The notes under the pieces: generated by a model
Databases searched by the model: none
What the model was told of the DNA's origin: nothing
What the model saw: only the letters and a program-made list of their open reading frames with translations
Made by a program: the position numbers and the translations under genes
Shown: positions 1-17,652 of the stretch, piece by piece
How the letters are laid out: every line of letters starts with the position of its first letter
Position numbering within the stretch: the first letter of the stretch is position 1
NCBI RefSeq assembly: GCF_036321535.1
Contig: NC_087451.1
Location: 32,178,001-32,242,000, forward strand
Direction of reading: 5' to 3'
Source of the DNA: Camelus dromedarius
Lineage: Eukaryota
DNA length: 64,000 nucleotides

Positions 1-425
1 GTTTCATGTACCAAATTGAATTGGCACCCATTGGCCAGTGATAGGAAAATACAACTATCAGTTAGGATAATAACTACAGTGGATTGAAAGAGAACAAATA
101 TCTTTAAATTCATGTGTTCATAGTGGCAGGTATAAAATATGTTATGTGTCCATAATGATAACAATAATAAAACCGCATTGATCAATAAATAACCTTTGGA
201 AGATACTATAGAATTAACGAACTATTTTGACAACTGTTAAATCATGCATTTATCCTGCCTTTTTTATATGCAGTGTACCTAGTGTAATCAATTAGCCAGT
301 GAAGGGATGTTCCTTTTCATCAGTATTGCAGCTAATAAATGCTGAAATGATACCACTATTTACAACCCCTAATCATTGCAGTGATTATGAAAGGCTGCAA
401 ACATCAAAAACAGAGACAGGTGGCG

Positions 426-512
426 AGGAGGGAAATAGCTCAGTGGTAGAGCCCATTCTTGGCATGCAGAAGGTCCTGGGTTCAATCTCCAGTACTTCCA
501 TTTAAAAAAATT
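426..512 (+). mobile_element. tRNA-Ala-derived SINE (camelid Vic-1 type), diverged
   Basis: A box tagctcagtggtagag, B box ggttcaatctcc, A-rich tail. Confidence 0.8.
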
Positions 513-1589
513 ATAGATTTAAAAAACCTGAGAGACAAACAGGCATAATTCTCCTCAGGGAGATACACAATACAGCATAAGCAGTCTTTTTTAAAAAAAA
601 AAATGTGATTGAATCAGACCTTTTGGATCTAACTACCAGTGTGCAGAGAACATTGGAGGCAGAGGAAGGTGTTAAAATGCCATGGAGATGCCACCAGCAA
701 GATGCAGATTGGGGAAAGTTCCTCAGGACAAACCACCTCGTTTCTTAAAAAAACAAGGAGAGAAAGAAAAAGAAATGAAAAGGAAATTAAAGAAACTGAA
801 AGCAAAAAAATGAGGAAGAAGGAAACCACAGATTTTTAAAGATCTTTAAGAGATATATTAACCAGTTGCAATGTATGGTCTAGATATAAAGTCAGACCAA
901 GTTTTTTTATAATGACATTTATAGGCCAAAAAGGGAAATGTAAATACTAATTCGATATTTGATGTTAGGAAATTGTTGTTTGGCGGGAGGTGATAGTTTG
1001 GGGAATATGTTTTGAAAGGGAAACAATTTTCTTTTAAAAATACATTCTGAAATGTTTACTGGTGAAATCATATGATGTCTGGTACTTACTTCAAAATAAT
1101 GCCGGGGTGGGTGTGGGTGTGACGTAGGTGCAAGTATTGGAGGAAACAAAACTGACCAGGAGTTGGTTAATTATTGAAGTTGAGTAATGACTATATGGTG
1201 AATCATTAGGCTAGTCCCTATACGTTTGTGAATTGTGTAATTAAAATGTTTTAAAACTGCGTCAGAATGATTGTGCTATGATGAAAAATGCAGTTTAAAA
1301 ATCGGGAAGAAATACTGTCCTGCAAAATGCTTATGCTACTTGCGTGAAAGCGGTAGAATGTCATTTCCCCCTTCATTCCTACATTTTCTGTAATGTGTCT
1401 ATATATTTTAATATTTTTATAATGAAAAATTATGCGTAATAAATCCTAGGGGAAAACAAAACCTCTGTATTTTTGCCGTCCTTGTCCTGGTCTTAAAAAC
1501 TCATTATTTCCCCCAAGCCCTCTAGGCTTTTGCTAAGCTTCCCGTCTTCTTTTCCAGGTTTAGATTTTCCGAGTTGTGGGACTATGAAT

Positions 1590-2330
1590 GTTTTGAGGAA
1601 AGGGGGTCAAGTTCAGCGCGGCCCAAATTTCCGCCAGTCCGCAGGCTGACCCGAGCCGCACGCCACTTAGCACAGCGACCTCCAAGGGCGCGGACTAGCT
1701 TCGGGACCCGCCTCCTTCAGATGCGTGAGTAAGATTTGCGTATGCGCGCTTTGAGGGACTACATCTCCCAGGAGGCTTTGCGCCTCGCGTGGACGGGGAC
1801 CGCTTAGTAGTGGGGGACTACATCACCCAGGGACACATTGCGAGAGGCGATGGTAAGAAGAAGACTGTACAGCCATTGGTCCAGAGTCTGTCGGAAGCTG
1901 TGCGATGATTGGCCCAGAAGCCTGTCAGTTACTGCCAAGAGCAGTTAAATTTTGCTGTTAGAGGGCTTGAGGAGGGAGGGAGAGAAGAGCGCGGGGAGCT
2001 GGGCCGCGCCCTCTGAGCCGGGTGAGTGACCTTTACCTCCGCCCTCCGCGCACTCCGCTCTGGGACCTGCACCCTCACTCCCCGGAGGGAGTCCACATGC
2101 TCAGGTACTCACGCGAGGGCGGGCACCATACACACACGTGTCACGCCTAACCTGAGAAGCATCTTCAGGACGCAGGAAGCCAAACTCTACACACACCCTG
2201 GGCACCTGTACACGCGGGTTCTTTCTCGCGGACGTCTTCTCGTACTCCGGGAGGGAAAAACACGCCCTGAGGCCCACGTGGATATTGTGTCCACAAGCCA
2301 GGACATCTGCAGAGACCCTCAGCTGAACAC
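1590..2330 (+). promoter_or_regulatory. SLC25A19: CpG island / SLC25A19 promoter, with candidate first-exon donors at 1853 (gtaaga) and 2022 (gtgagt)
   Basis: High CpG density; two ACTACA-N2-3-CCCAG motifs (1758, 1817); NRF1-like TGCGTATGCGCG at 1737; 3.7 kb upstream of the ATG exon. Confidence 0.8.
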
Positions 2331-2530
2331 ATGGGCTCACCGACACACGCGCTCACTGTGGGACACCCGCATACCCGAACCCCAGGGGTTTCCGCAATAA
2401 AAGGAAGATGACAAGGCACACACATACCGCACCCAAACGCACCATGCCACTCACACCTGCGGCCCCTCATCTTCTGGATACTGTATTAAATAATGCATAG
2501 ACTCGTATTTAATTTTTATTTTGTCTCTAG

Positions 2531-2583
2531 ATAAATACCAAGGCTTTTTGGTACAAGAAGGAAATTTTGAACAAGCAGAAAAA
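2531..2583 (+). other. SLC25A19: Candidate 53-nt non-coding 5'UTR exon of SLC25A19
   Basis: Long pyrimidine tract + tctctag acceptor (2530) and AAA|gtaaga donor (2584); no ATG. Confidence 0.6.
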
Positions 2584-2594
2584 GTAAGACTACT

Positions 2595-2906
2595 TTTTTT
2601 TTTATTGAGTTATAGTCAGTTTACAATGTTGTGTCAATTTCCAGTATAGAACACGTTTTTTCAGTTATACATAAACATACATATATTCATTGACTCATTC
2701 TCTTTCACCGTGAGCTACCACTACATCTTGTATATATTTCCCTGTGCTACACAGTATAATCTTGTTTATCTGTTCTATATATGCCTGTCAGAATCTACAA
2801 ATTTCTAACTCCCAGTCTGTCGCTTCCCACCCCCCTCTCCCCAGCAACCACAAGTTTGTATTCTATGTCTATGAGTCTGTTTCTGTTTTGTATTTATGTT
2901 CATTTG
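2595..2906 (-). mobile_element. 5'-truncated LINE-1 3' end
   Basis: poly-T then attgagttatagtcagtttacaatgttgtgtcaattt..., shared with copies at 25814 and 43371. Confidence 0.8.
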
Positions 2907-3893
2907 AGTAGGACCACTATTGAATTGTATTTAACAGGCCCTTTCACATGTGTAAGGTTTTACCTTTTTTTACAGAGCATTTCACATATGGTATCTTGCA
3001 TAATTCTCCCAGGAATCTGGCTAAGCAGGGCTGCCATCATACCCATTTTTTAGAAGATAAGCTGAGCCTAGGTTAAATAAACCTGCCCAAGTTACATGGG
3101 AGGGGCAGAATTTGAACTCAGGCTTCTTGATCTGAGGTTTAAGGTTATGTCTAGCTATGCAGACTTGCTTATTTATAGAAATGCCTCCTTCCCTTCCTGA
3201 CAGCAGGGATCTGACACTGCTTAATGTGATCGGAGCAGTCCCGGGGTAACCTCCAGAGAGGCTTTGCCTCTCCATCACCTGCCCCATGTTTAAACTGCTC
3301 CTCACAGGTGCCTACAGAGTAGCCGCTTGAGTTACTGTCAGAAGTTGATGGGAAAACCCAGGTCTCCTCCTTTGAGGGTCTGGGGAGAAGATACCAAGGA
3401 ATGGGCACGTTCTTGACAGGGGTGGGGAGGTTTCGCTCCATTAGACTTTTAATAAGATATTATTTTGCAGTGTTTTCCCGATAGAGCCCCATAGAAATGT
3501 CTCATTAATTTAGTGCTACTTTGGTACTTTCAGAACTAAATTAATTCTGAGGTGCCTTCTAAATCGTTTTATATTTAGTCTGAGTTGGAGTTTGGAAGGG
3601 TCCTAATGAATTCAAACAATATAGAATTGTATAAAGAAAAAGGGAGATATCTGCCTTCCAACTTCCCTTGCCGACCCTTCCCCTAAAGGTGACCTTACCA
3701 ATCTGTTGGGGTGTGTGTCATTACAGACTTCCCCCCTATGCTTCATACAACTGTATAGGGTGCACATAGGTCTTGCAGGTTTTTCTTTTGCAAAAGTGGG
3801 GCTACACTGGATGTACTGACACCAGCTTTTTTCATGTTTCAGTCAGTCGTGGCTATCTTTTCCAGTGTGTGTAGAGCTATGGCTCAATCTTTT

Positions 3894-4025
3894 TATTTTT
3901 ATTTTTTTATTTTTGGTGGGGGGAGGCAATTAGGCTTATTTATTTTTGGAGAAGGTACTGAAGATTGAACCTAGGGCCTCATGCATGCTAAGCGTGCACT
4001 CTACCACTTGAGCTATACCCTCCCC
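3894..4025 (-). mobile_element. Vic-1-type SINE inserted in an older L1 fragment
   Basis: ggggagggtatagctcaagtggtagag...ggttcaatc; TSD tggctca(a/t)tctttt at 3880 and 4030. Confidence 0.88.
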
Positions 4026-4187
4026 ACTGTGGCTCATTCTTTTTGATGGCTTAGTAGTATCCCATGGAAGTGACTTATCCAGTATTTATCCATCCCTCTG
4101 TTGCTAAGTATTTGCATTATATCTAATTTTACAAACAGTGATACAGCGGGTGACATTTTACACACACCTGCTAGTGTTTCTCTTGAA

Positions 4188-4385
4188 CAGTGGTTCTCAA
4201 CCTGGGGCAATTTTGTTAATGCCTGGAGCCATTTTTGATCATCATGAGGGGAGTGTAGGGGTACTGGCATCTGGTGAGTAAAGACCAGGGGTGCTACTAA
4301 ACATCCTACAATGCACAGGACAGCCACCAACTGTGAAGAATTATCCATTCTAAAATGTCATTAGTGTTGAGGTTAAGAAACAGCT
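4188..4385 (+). mobile_element. MER20 (hAT-Charlie) DNA transposon relic
   Basis: cagtggttctcaacctgggg...taaacatcctacaatgcacaggacagcc...gaggttaagaaac. Confidence 0.85.
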
Positions 4386-5779
4386 CTAGGTAAAAATGGA
4401 ATTAGATATTTTTTAAAATTTCAGTTTATTAAAAACCCCAGTGCCCAACGAATTATGACACGGCTACTCAATGGAATATTATCCAGCCATTTAAAATGAT
4501 ATTTTTGAGGCTCTTGTAGCAACATGAAATCATGCTTATGACATTTTGCATTTTAAAAGCCATGTACTGGGGGAAAAAAAGGGAATATGTGAAATGAAAA
4601 GTATTAAGGTGGTAGGGTTTTCTCCCCTTGTCTCTTTTCGCAAAGTCACGTTATTCTATAATCTAAAAGTTACTTAGTTTTTAATCATTTATTCATAAAT
4701 TGTTTCTAGAGCCTTTGGGGTATGCCAGAAACTGTGCTGGTCTCTGGAGATATGACTGGAACTAGGCTGAGACCCTGCCCATAGGGAGCCTGCCTCCTGT
4801 GGCTGGAGAGGACAAAATACACAGTCGCAAGTGCTTTGAATGCTAGAAGGGACAGGAGTGCATCTTCCCAAGGGGATGCTCTTTAGCTGAGCCCTGGTGG
4901 ATGGGAGGAGCCAGCCTTGGGAAGAGCTAGTCAGGGTGGTAGCGGGCCGCATGGCACACATGGGAACAGTAAGTGCAGGGGCAGCGGCTCATAGACAGGT
5001 ACGGAAGCAGTGTTTTCTAGGAACTGCTCAGAAGCACTGAGCTGCTCACCTCACCTCACCCCCCTGCCCTGGTTGAGGAGACTGAAGAGTGGTCCAGGGT
5101 GAGGTTGAAAAGGCGGGCCTGGGAGCATCATTTCATAGCATAACATGGCTCCACTGCTGTGGGTGGGCCTGCGGTGTGTGCAGAGGATGGTGAAGGGAAA
5201 TGTCTCAGTGTCCTTTGGATCATGTAGGCTTGTCAGAGAATGCCAGGCCCCACCCATTCCTGGAGCCTGTGTGTCTGAGAGTCCCCCTCAGCCTTCGGCT
5301 CTAGTGGACTCTGCTCTCATGTTAATGCAGCCTGGGACTTCACCTCAGGCAGGAGTTGGCCACAAAGTGTCTTGGAAAGCCACCAGCTTTCCATCTGATC
5401 TCTGGAAGTGAACGATCTCCTCCCAATCAGCAAACATCACGAGCACTGACTGTGGTGGGCTCTATTCCAGGCCCTGGAATTATGGTGATGGACAGATGAG
5501 GCCAGGGCCGTGTTTTCATGGGCTTGTATTCTGGCTAGGGGAGACAGATAAGAAACAGAGGTACAGGAAAAATGTCCAGTATGTAAATGCTACAAAGGAG
5601 ACTAAAGCAGGGTAAGGAGAGAACAGGGATGTGGGCACTGCTCTGGGTGGGCTGGGCAGGGAGGGCTGCTCCGAGGAGCCATGTGGGGACAGAGGCCCTA
5701 AGAGCTTGCTTTGGTATTTACTCCATGTCTCTTGCATTTAGCTTGAAGCTGATGGACGCTGTATGGGCCAGAGGCAGGG

Positions 5780-11690
<5,911 letters not shown>

Positions 11691-12165
11691 CCCTGAGGGC
11701 AGGAGGGGTGGCCTGAGGTCTGTCACTCCTGAAGGAAGACTTGATCTATAGCCTCGTGTTGCACTGAGAGGTCCTGCCTGGTCCCTCCCCCCAGGCCAGC
11801 TGTCTTGAGCATGAAGAGCTGTCGGGAGCAGGGCAGCAGCCTTGATTCCACCAGCTTGGACACCACCAGAGGAGCAAAGGGGTTTCTCCACGTGAGAGCA
11901 CGGGGAGCATGCAGGACTTGGTCTGCGGGGGCCCAGCCCCACCACTCAGAAGGAGCTGGATGCTTCTCCTCTGGCGAATTCTCTAAGGGCAACAGCCACC
12001 CTCCTGCATGTCTTAGCCCCGTCTGCACAGAGAACGCTCCTGGCTCTGGGGTCGGGGGTGGAGGGTGGGCTGCAGCTTGAGTGTGAGGCTGGAATCGGGC
12101 CCTTTACAGGGGTCTGGTCCCCACACTTGGGCTCTTCATAACTCCCACCAACTTACTTAATAGAC

Positions 12166-12171
12166 ATTAAA
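12166..12171 (+). terminator. SLC25A19: Candidate SLC25A19 polyadenylation signal ATTAAA
   Basis: First PAS hexamer seen, about 475 nt after the stop codon. Confidence 0.55.
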
Positions 12172-13779
12172 GCTAAAAGCACATTCCTTATCCTACTCCT
12201 CCATCTTCCCTTCCAAACCATATCCCTCCTCACAAAGTAGGAGGGAAGGGATCCCTGCCTTCCTTAAATTCTACTTTCCTCATGCAGCTTTGCTTCTAGT
12301 TCTGGGGGAAGAATTCCACTGAATTGGTCAGTCTGTAAACTCTGCCAGGCTCAGATCTTCTTGTCTATGAAGGCACCATGCTGGCTGGCCTCTCCCTGGG
12401 TGGGACTGGTCCCAGCCCGTGGGCCTCTAGGGAAATCAGAAACCAGAAGCCCCCGCAGCCAGTAGGAGGAGGGGTAGGTAGAGGCAGCAGCCCTTCTCCC
12501 TGGTCTACCTGGAATCACACCTCTTTCACTGGGGGCTGTTTTAGCCCTCCTGAGTGGTTGGGAGCAAACAGGCTGGGCCAGTGGACATCAACTGCCCACC
12601 CAGGGGGCTCCTCCTGGGTCCAGCATGGTGTTGTGCGCATTCTCTGTAATTTGAGAAGGGCCACGGCTCCAAAGTAGCCCAGCAAAGACAGGCAGCCTGG
12701 TGAGGGCACAGTTGGTGCCCCGGGGACTTGTCAGGGCACAGGAACCCACAACAGACACCCACCTAGGCACAGTTAGGGGTTTGAGAGAAGAAAATCCACA
12801 GAACACAACCAATACTTTCCATCCAAGTCTTCCCATCCCCAGAGCAGGGGGTCTGGCCTGAGGGGTTGGCTTGGCAGGGGGAGCCAGGATGGAGGAGGAG
12901 CAGGCCTCACCTCTAGCTCCAGCCTTTGCACTGACTTTCCAGGAAGGCACCAGCAGGGAGCAGGCCTTGGGTGTGTGTCCTGGCTCTCAGTCTCCTTGGA
13001 GCCTGGGCCCCTTTCCACCACTACTGTTTTGTCTCTAGTCAAGGGCTCTTTGATGTGGCTGGGACCTGGAATCCTGGAGCTTCCCTGCTCTTGGCTGCTG
13101 ATTTTGGGGGTCTAGTTGTAGCTGGAGGGCTTGGACACCCACAAGGTTTTTGGCAGTCAAGGCTTGGGGCTGCAAGGAGGCAGCTGCCTGAATGTATTTT
13201 TTATGAAACTCCATTGAAGTAAACTATTCTCTTCAACTCTCCTGCTCACTGGTTTCTTTCCCTGCAGCAGAGATTTTCTTTCTTGTCCATTTTCTGGTGA
13301 CCACTTCAGCAGCTCTTTTAACAGGAGGAAAGAACTTTGGATGCAGGGAACCGCCATCAACACTTCTTTCTTGTCTAAGTTACTATGGGAAGGGACAGTT
13401 CTTTTCCAGCCCCTTCTGTATGCCCTCCTGCAACCCAGGGCTGACCTCAAAAGTGGCCCAGTCTAGGCTGCTGGGCCGCACCTCTCCCCTAGTCCCGACC
13501 AACGCAGACTGAGCCAGGGGCTTGCTCAACTTCAGGGTCACTCCAGACACCTCGCGCCACAAGTTGAAAACTGGAAGTCTTTCTCTTGAACTGGCCCACT
13601 GATTTTTCAACTTGTTTTACCAATAGCGTTTGTACTTGGAGTAGGAGAGGGGCTTAGTGGGCCTTGATCCAGCCCTTACAACCTCTCTGCCTTCTCCACC
13701 TTGGGAAGTGGCCGTGGGGTCACGCGGCCACCACCGGTAAAGTCTTACCCCTACATCCATCTCTGTCCTCCCACCTTGC

Positions 13780-14380
13780 TCCCTCCCACTGCTGGCTGCG
13801 GGCCACGCTCTTCTTAGGCTCCGCCCACAGCGCCCCGCCCGGGAGTCTCTTCTTCTGACCCGGTTTTAACCTGAGCCCTGACGTGCGGGAGGCGGAGTGC
13901 CACCGCTCAAGACCGAGGGCTTCATGCGGGCCGAGAAGCAGGTCCGGCCCAGCGCCAACGAGCCATTGTGGCCCCAGACAGGCCCAGGGAGACCCGGGTG
14001 AGGAGAGGATGGGACGGTGGTGGCAGTGTCGCTGGCCCACGCCAAAGATCTCGGGACTGCGCGGCTACGGCGGCGTGGGCGGGGCCCTGAGAGGTGGTGC
14101 TAGCGAGACGGTGCCGCCCCATGCCCCACCCCGCTGATACCGGCCCCGCCCCAGGCCCCGCCCATGCCGCCACGCTAGGAAATGACCTAAGCGGCGGCGA
14201 GGCGCGGCCGGCTGTGCCAGCAGCGCCGCGGGTGCGGGGCGCGCTCACCATGCCGGGCCAGCGGCCTCCGGGCACGCGGGCGCGGCGCCGGCCCGGCAGG
14301 TGGGTTGAGGCGCTCCCGCCCGCGGGACACCGGACGGCAGGCTCCGTTTCGCCGCCGGGAAGGGCGTTTCGGGTTTAGGG
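13780..14380 (+). promoter_or_regulatory. MIF4GD: CpG island / MIF4GD promoter and non-coding first exon (donor CAG|gtgggt at 14300; alternative gtgagg at 13998)
   Basis: CpG-dense, several GC boxes (GGGCGGGG/CCCCGCCCC), about 900 nt upstream of the ATG exon acceptor at 15196. Confidence 0.8.
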
Positions 14381-15246
14381 AAGCTGCCCACACCTGCAGA
14401 CCCCTAAGGTCGTCTCCTTTGGTTGGGGGGGAGGCACCGAGTCCGGTGAGGGGACTGCAGTAGGGACCACCTCATCCCTCTCCACTCCTTAAGAGGCTGG
14501 ATCCAGAATAGATAGAGCCCAGGAATTGGGAGTCCTGAGTGAGCAGGGCCGGGTTTTTGCCACTCGGGAAGCCAGCTTAACCAGTCCGTCCCGGGGAGAA
14601 GCTGGCCAGGACAAGGGGAGTCAGGGCGGCAGAGACGCTCCTGCACCCACCCACGCGGGCCGGCCCCAACCCGAGGGCTGAGGGGGTGGGCTTTCTGGAC
14701 TGAGGACTCTTGATTCAAGCTGAGGGAGCGGGTTGGGGAGAGGGGCCTAGAACCCTGCTGGGACAGAATACAGCATGGAGCCTGCAGCCCGCTCACTCCC
14801 CAGCAATCGTGCAGGGCCAGCAGCTTACAGGCCAGCTTTATGTAGGTAGGGAAAGTGTCTAATATCCACCTGTCCACACCCCGGCCTTGGTATCAGATGA
14901 GAATAGACTGCCTCCTGTTGGGACTGGAGGTTAAGCACATTCACCCTTCATCTCTACTTGTGTGTAATCCCAGATGCTCCAAGGGTTCTTTAACTGTGCA
15001 GCAGGTGTTTGGCTGGTGCCCAGTCTCCATCAGAAGCCAAGCTTGGTGGGCGCTCAGCCAACCACTGAATGCCATGGACTGCTCAGGAGCATGGGTGCCG
15101 AGCGCTGGTCAGCCCTACCCAGGGCCTGTAGGCCTAGGAACCCTGGGCCCACGTTCCACACCTGAGATCTTTCCCTTTGCCTCTCCTCCTCCCCAGGTGC
15201 TGTCATTAGTCCCACCTCAATAAAGAGCTGCTGAGGCTGGATGGTC

Positions 15247-15328
15247 ATGGGTGAGCCTGGTAGAGAGGAATATAAAATCCAGTCTTTTGATGCAGAGACC
15301 CAGCAGCTGCTGAAGACAGCACTCAAAG
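15247..15328 (+). CDS. MIF4GD: MIF4GD coding exon 1
   Basis: gtcATGg; ends K G|gtgagc; exon acceptor cccag at 15196. Confidence 0.95.
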
Positions 15329-17652
15329 GTGAGCACTGGGAGCTTCCTGAGCCTGGGTCCGGAGCTACAGAGAAGGGGCCAAAGGGTCAGTACTGGAGGA
15401 CTGAGCCCTAGCCCAGGGATGCTCAGCCCTCTCCCTTCATTTTCTGAGTCAGCAATGTAATTCTTGAACTGGAAAACAAGCTACATTTAGGCCAATATTT
15501 GGGATGGGAATCAAAGTCACCCTTCAGCTTTTTTTTTTTTAAAGCCTAAGTGCCCATGAAAGGAAGGTGAGGCACAGAGAACACAGTTCCTGCCACTTAA
15601 GTCCTTAACACTGAACCTGGTTTCTGCAGTGCTGCAGCCAGCTCTTGAGTGTGCATTGCTGACTGGCTTGGGACAGAGGATAGAGTGTTCTGCTTAGCAG
15701 AGGGGATACAGTAATTGTCCTGGTCCAGTGCCTTCCTGCAGCACTCAGGACACAAATTTGACTCAGCTAACAATTAGCAATGCCCACTGTGTGCCAAGCT
15801 AAGCCTGTGGGGAGGCCCAGCCTGGCCTGCTCTTGTCAGGGGTTCACATGTGTGTATTATAAGAACATTTTCTTCCATGAAATGGCTGTCAAAGATGTTG
15901 TTATTCAGTGTACCTTCCTCAGCCTAGTGCCAGGAAAAGATGCGCCCTAAAAAATGAGCATTCTTTGGTTCTCAGACACATAACCCTCCTTGATTGGGCC
16001 ACCAGGAGGCTCATGGCTAGAGCTGCTCCTGTGTGTTGTTTCCTCTGTTTTCTGGTCTCTTTAAATGTAAGTGTGTAATGGGAGTGCTTTTCTGTGAACA
16101 TCGCAAATCCTTTAGAAGCAGGTGGAGGCAATGTGACTGTTACGCAGCTCTAGACTCCCCACCTGTCTTTANNNNNNNNNNNNNNNNNNNNNNNNNNNNN
16201 NNNNNNNNNNNNNNNNNNNNNNNNNNNNNNNNNNNNNNNNNNNNNNNNNNNNNNNNNNNNNNNNNNNNNNNNNNNNNNNNNNNNNNNNNNNNNNNNNNNN
16301 NNNAGAAAAGAGGGGAGACGCTTTGAGGAAGATGCTTCAGGAGCAGGCAGAGATGCCAAGGGCTGGCCTCAGAGGCGAGAGAGGAGGACAGGAGGGTTCT
16401 CAGCCTCGGAAGCTTGGGTGGAGTTGCGGTGGCACTGGAACTGCCCTTCACCATACTTTCCCTGGCTCACAGGCAGAGAGCAAGCAAGCAGGCCAGAGTG
16501 TCTTCCGCCGCGGACTCCTCAACCGGCTGCAGCAGGAATACCAGGCTCGGGAGCAGCTTCGAGCCCGCTCCCTGCAGGGCTGGGTCTGCTATGTCACCTT
16601 TATCTGCAACATTTTTGACTACCTGAGGGTGAGGCCCCCATCAGCCACATCCTCTGCGGCAGTGGCAGAGATGGCCTGTCTCCTGCACCACTAAGCCAGT
16701 GCTCCGGCCCCTGCTCTTCCCTCCCCTGTAGGTGAACAACATGCCCATGATGGCCCTGGTGAACCCGGTCTACGACTGCCTCTTCCGGCTGGCCCAGCCC
16801 GACAGTCTGAGCAAGGAGGAGGAGGTGGGTGGCCCTGGCACAGAACGTTATGGGGGTGGTCTGTATTTGGCTCGGCTCAGAATGCCAGCCCACACTGCCC
16901 ATGGAGACTTTCAAGGGCATCACTTGCTGGGGTGGGAGCCTGGTGGGGGCACTTAAGTCCTGTTACAGTTACAGGGCAAGCTGCTAGGTCTGGAATTTAT
17001 CCAGAACAGAGAGCAGCCAAAACCTCCTGGCTAAGGCTGCCTTCCTAGTAGGAAAGCCAACCTATAATAGTAATGACAAGCACGTTGGCCAGCTGTGGAT
17101 ACAGATGGCCCAGAAGCCAAACTGAGGTCAGGCAGGGTGCTGGGGGAGGTTGGAGGGGGTAGAAAAGTGTAGTTAAGCAGTTTGGATACAGGGCCTGAGT
17201 CTAGCCTGGCCCAGATGAGAAACCTTAGGCAAGTCTCTGAATTTGCTTCGTTTCATGTTAAAATGTGGACTGTGCCCACCGGGGGTGGGGGGTGTGAGGA
17301 GGAAGTGGGGAAGCACATGTACAGGGCCAGGCCGGTGCCTGGCACACAGCAAATGCTCAGTAAATGGCCGCTCTGTGTGATAGGGTGGCCCTGCCCGGGG
17401 GTCACCTCCCACTGCCTCCCGCAGGTGGACTGCCTGGTGCTGCAGCTGCACCGGGTCGGGGAGCAGCTGGAGAAGATGAACAGGCAGCGCATGGATGAGC
17501 TCTTTGTCCTGATCCGGGATGGCTTCCTGCTCCCAAGTGGCCTCAGCTCCCTGGCCCAGCTGCTGCTTCTGGAGATCATTGAATTCCGGGCAGCCGGCTG
17601 GAAGACGACCCCGGCCGCCCATAAGTATTACTACAGCGAGGTCTCTGAGTAG
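15247..17652 (+). CDS. MIF4GD: MIF4G domain-containing protein (SLIP1), join(15247..15328,[about 16173..16282 inside N-run],16473..16628,16732..16824,17425..17652), 222 aa
   Basis: MGEPGREEYKIQSFDAETQQLLKTALK / AESKQAGQSVFRRG / VNNMPMM / VDCLVLQLHR...YYSEVSE* match human MIF4GD. Visible exons total 559 nt; a 110-nt exon is missing. Confidence 0.95.
16172..16303. other. N-run (132 nt); others at 43795-43984, 47032-47165, 55902-56054, 60149-60322, 60601-60775
   Basis: Directly visible. Confidence 1.
16173..16282 (+). CDS. MIF4GD: MIF4GD coding exon 2, inferred inside the N-run 16172-16303
   Basis: Not visible. Pyrimidine tract ctccccacctgtcttta runs into the N-run; phase 1 to phase 0 logic and human homology require 110 nt (DPGAVD...AIIQ). 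Confidence 0.7.
16473..16628 (+). CDS. MIF4GD: MIF4GD coding exon 3
   Basis: cacag|AESKQ...FDYLR|gtgagg. Confidence 0.96.
16732..16824 (+). CDS. MIF4GD: MIF4GD coding exon 4
   Basis: tgtag|VNNMP...SKEEE|gtgggt. Confidence 0.96.
17425..17652 (+). CDS. MIF4GD: MIF4GD last coding exon
   Basis: cgcag|VDCLV...EVSE TAG. Confidence 0.96.
   Translation: MDCLVLQLHRVGEQLEKMNRQRMDELFVLIRDGFLLPSGLSSLAQLLLLEIIEFRAAGWKTTPAAHKYYYSEVSE

Noticed and set aside
2026-2470. ORFs of 81-124 aa in SLC25A19 intron 1
   Set aside because: Low-complexity CA/CG-rich intron sequence just after a donor site; no coding signature.
13157-13610. Minus-strand 97-aa and 75-aa ORFs divergent from MIF4GD
   Set aside because: No recognisable family or splice structure. 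A divergent non-coding transcript is possible but cannot be supported from sequence alone.
15219-15224. AATAAA in the MIF4GD 5'UTR
   Set aside because: Inside a spliced leader exon close to a 5' splice site, with no clear downstream GU-rich element; probably incidental.
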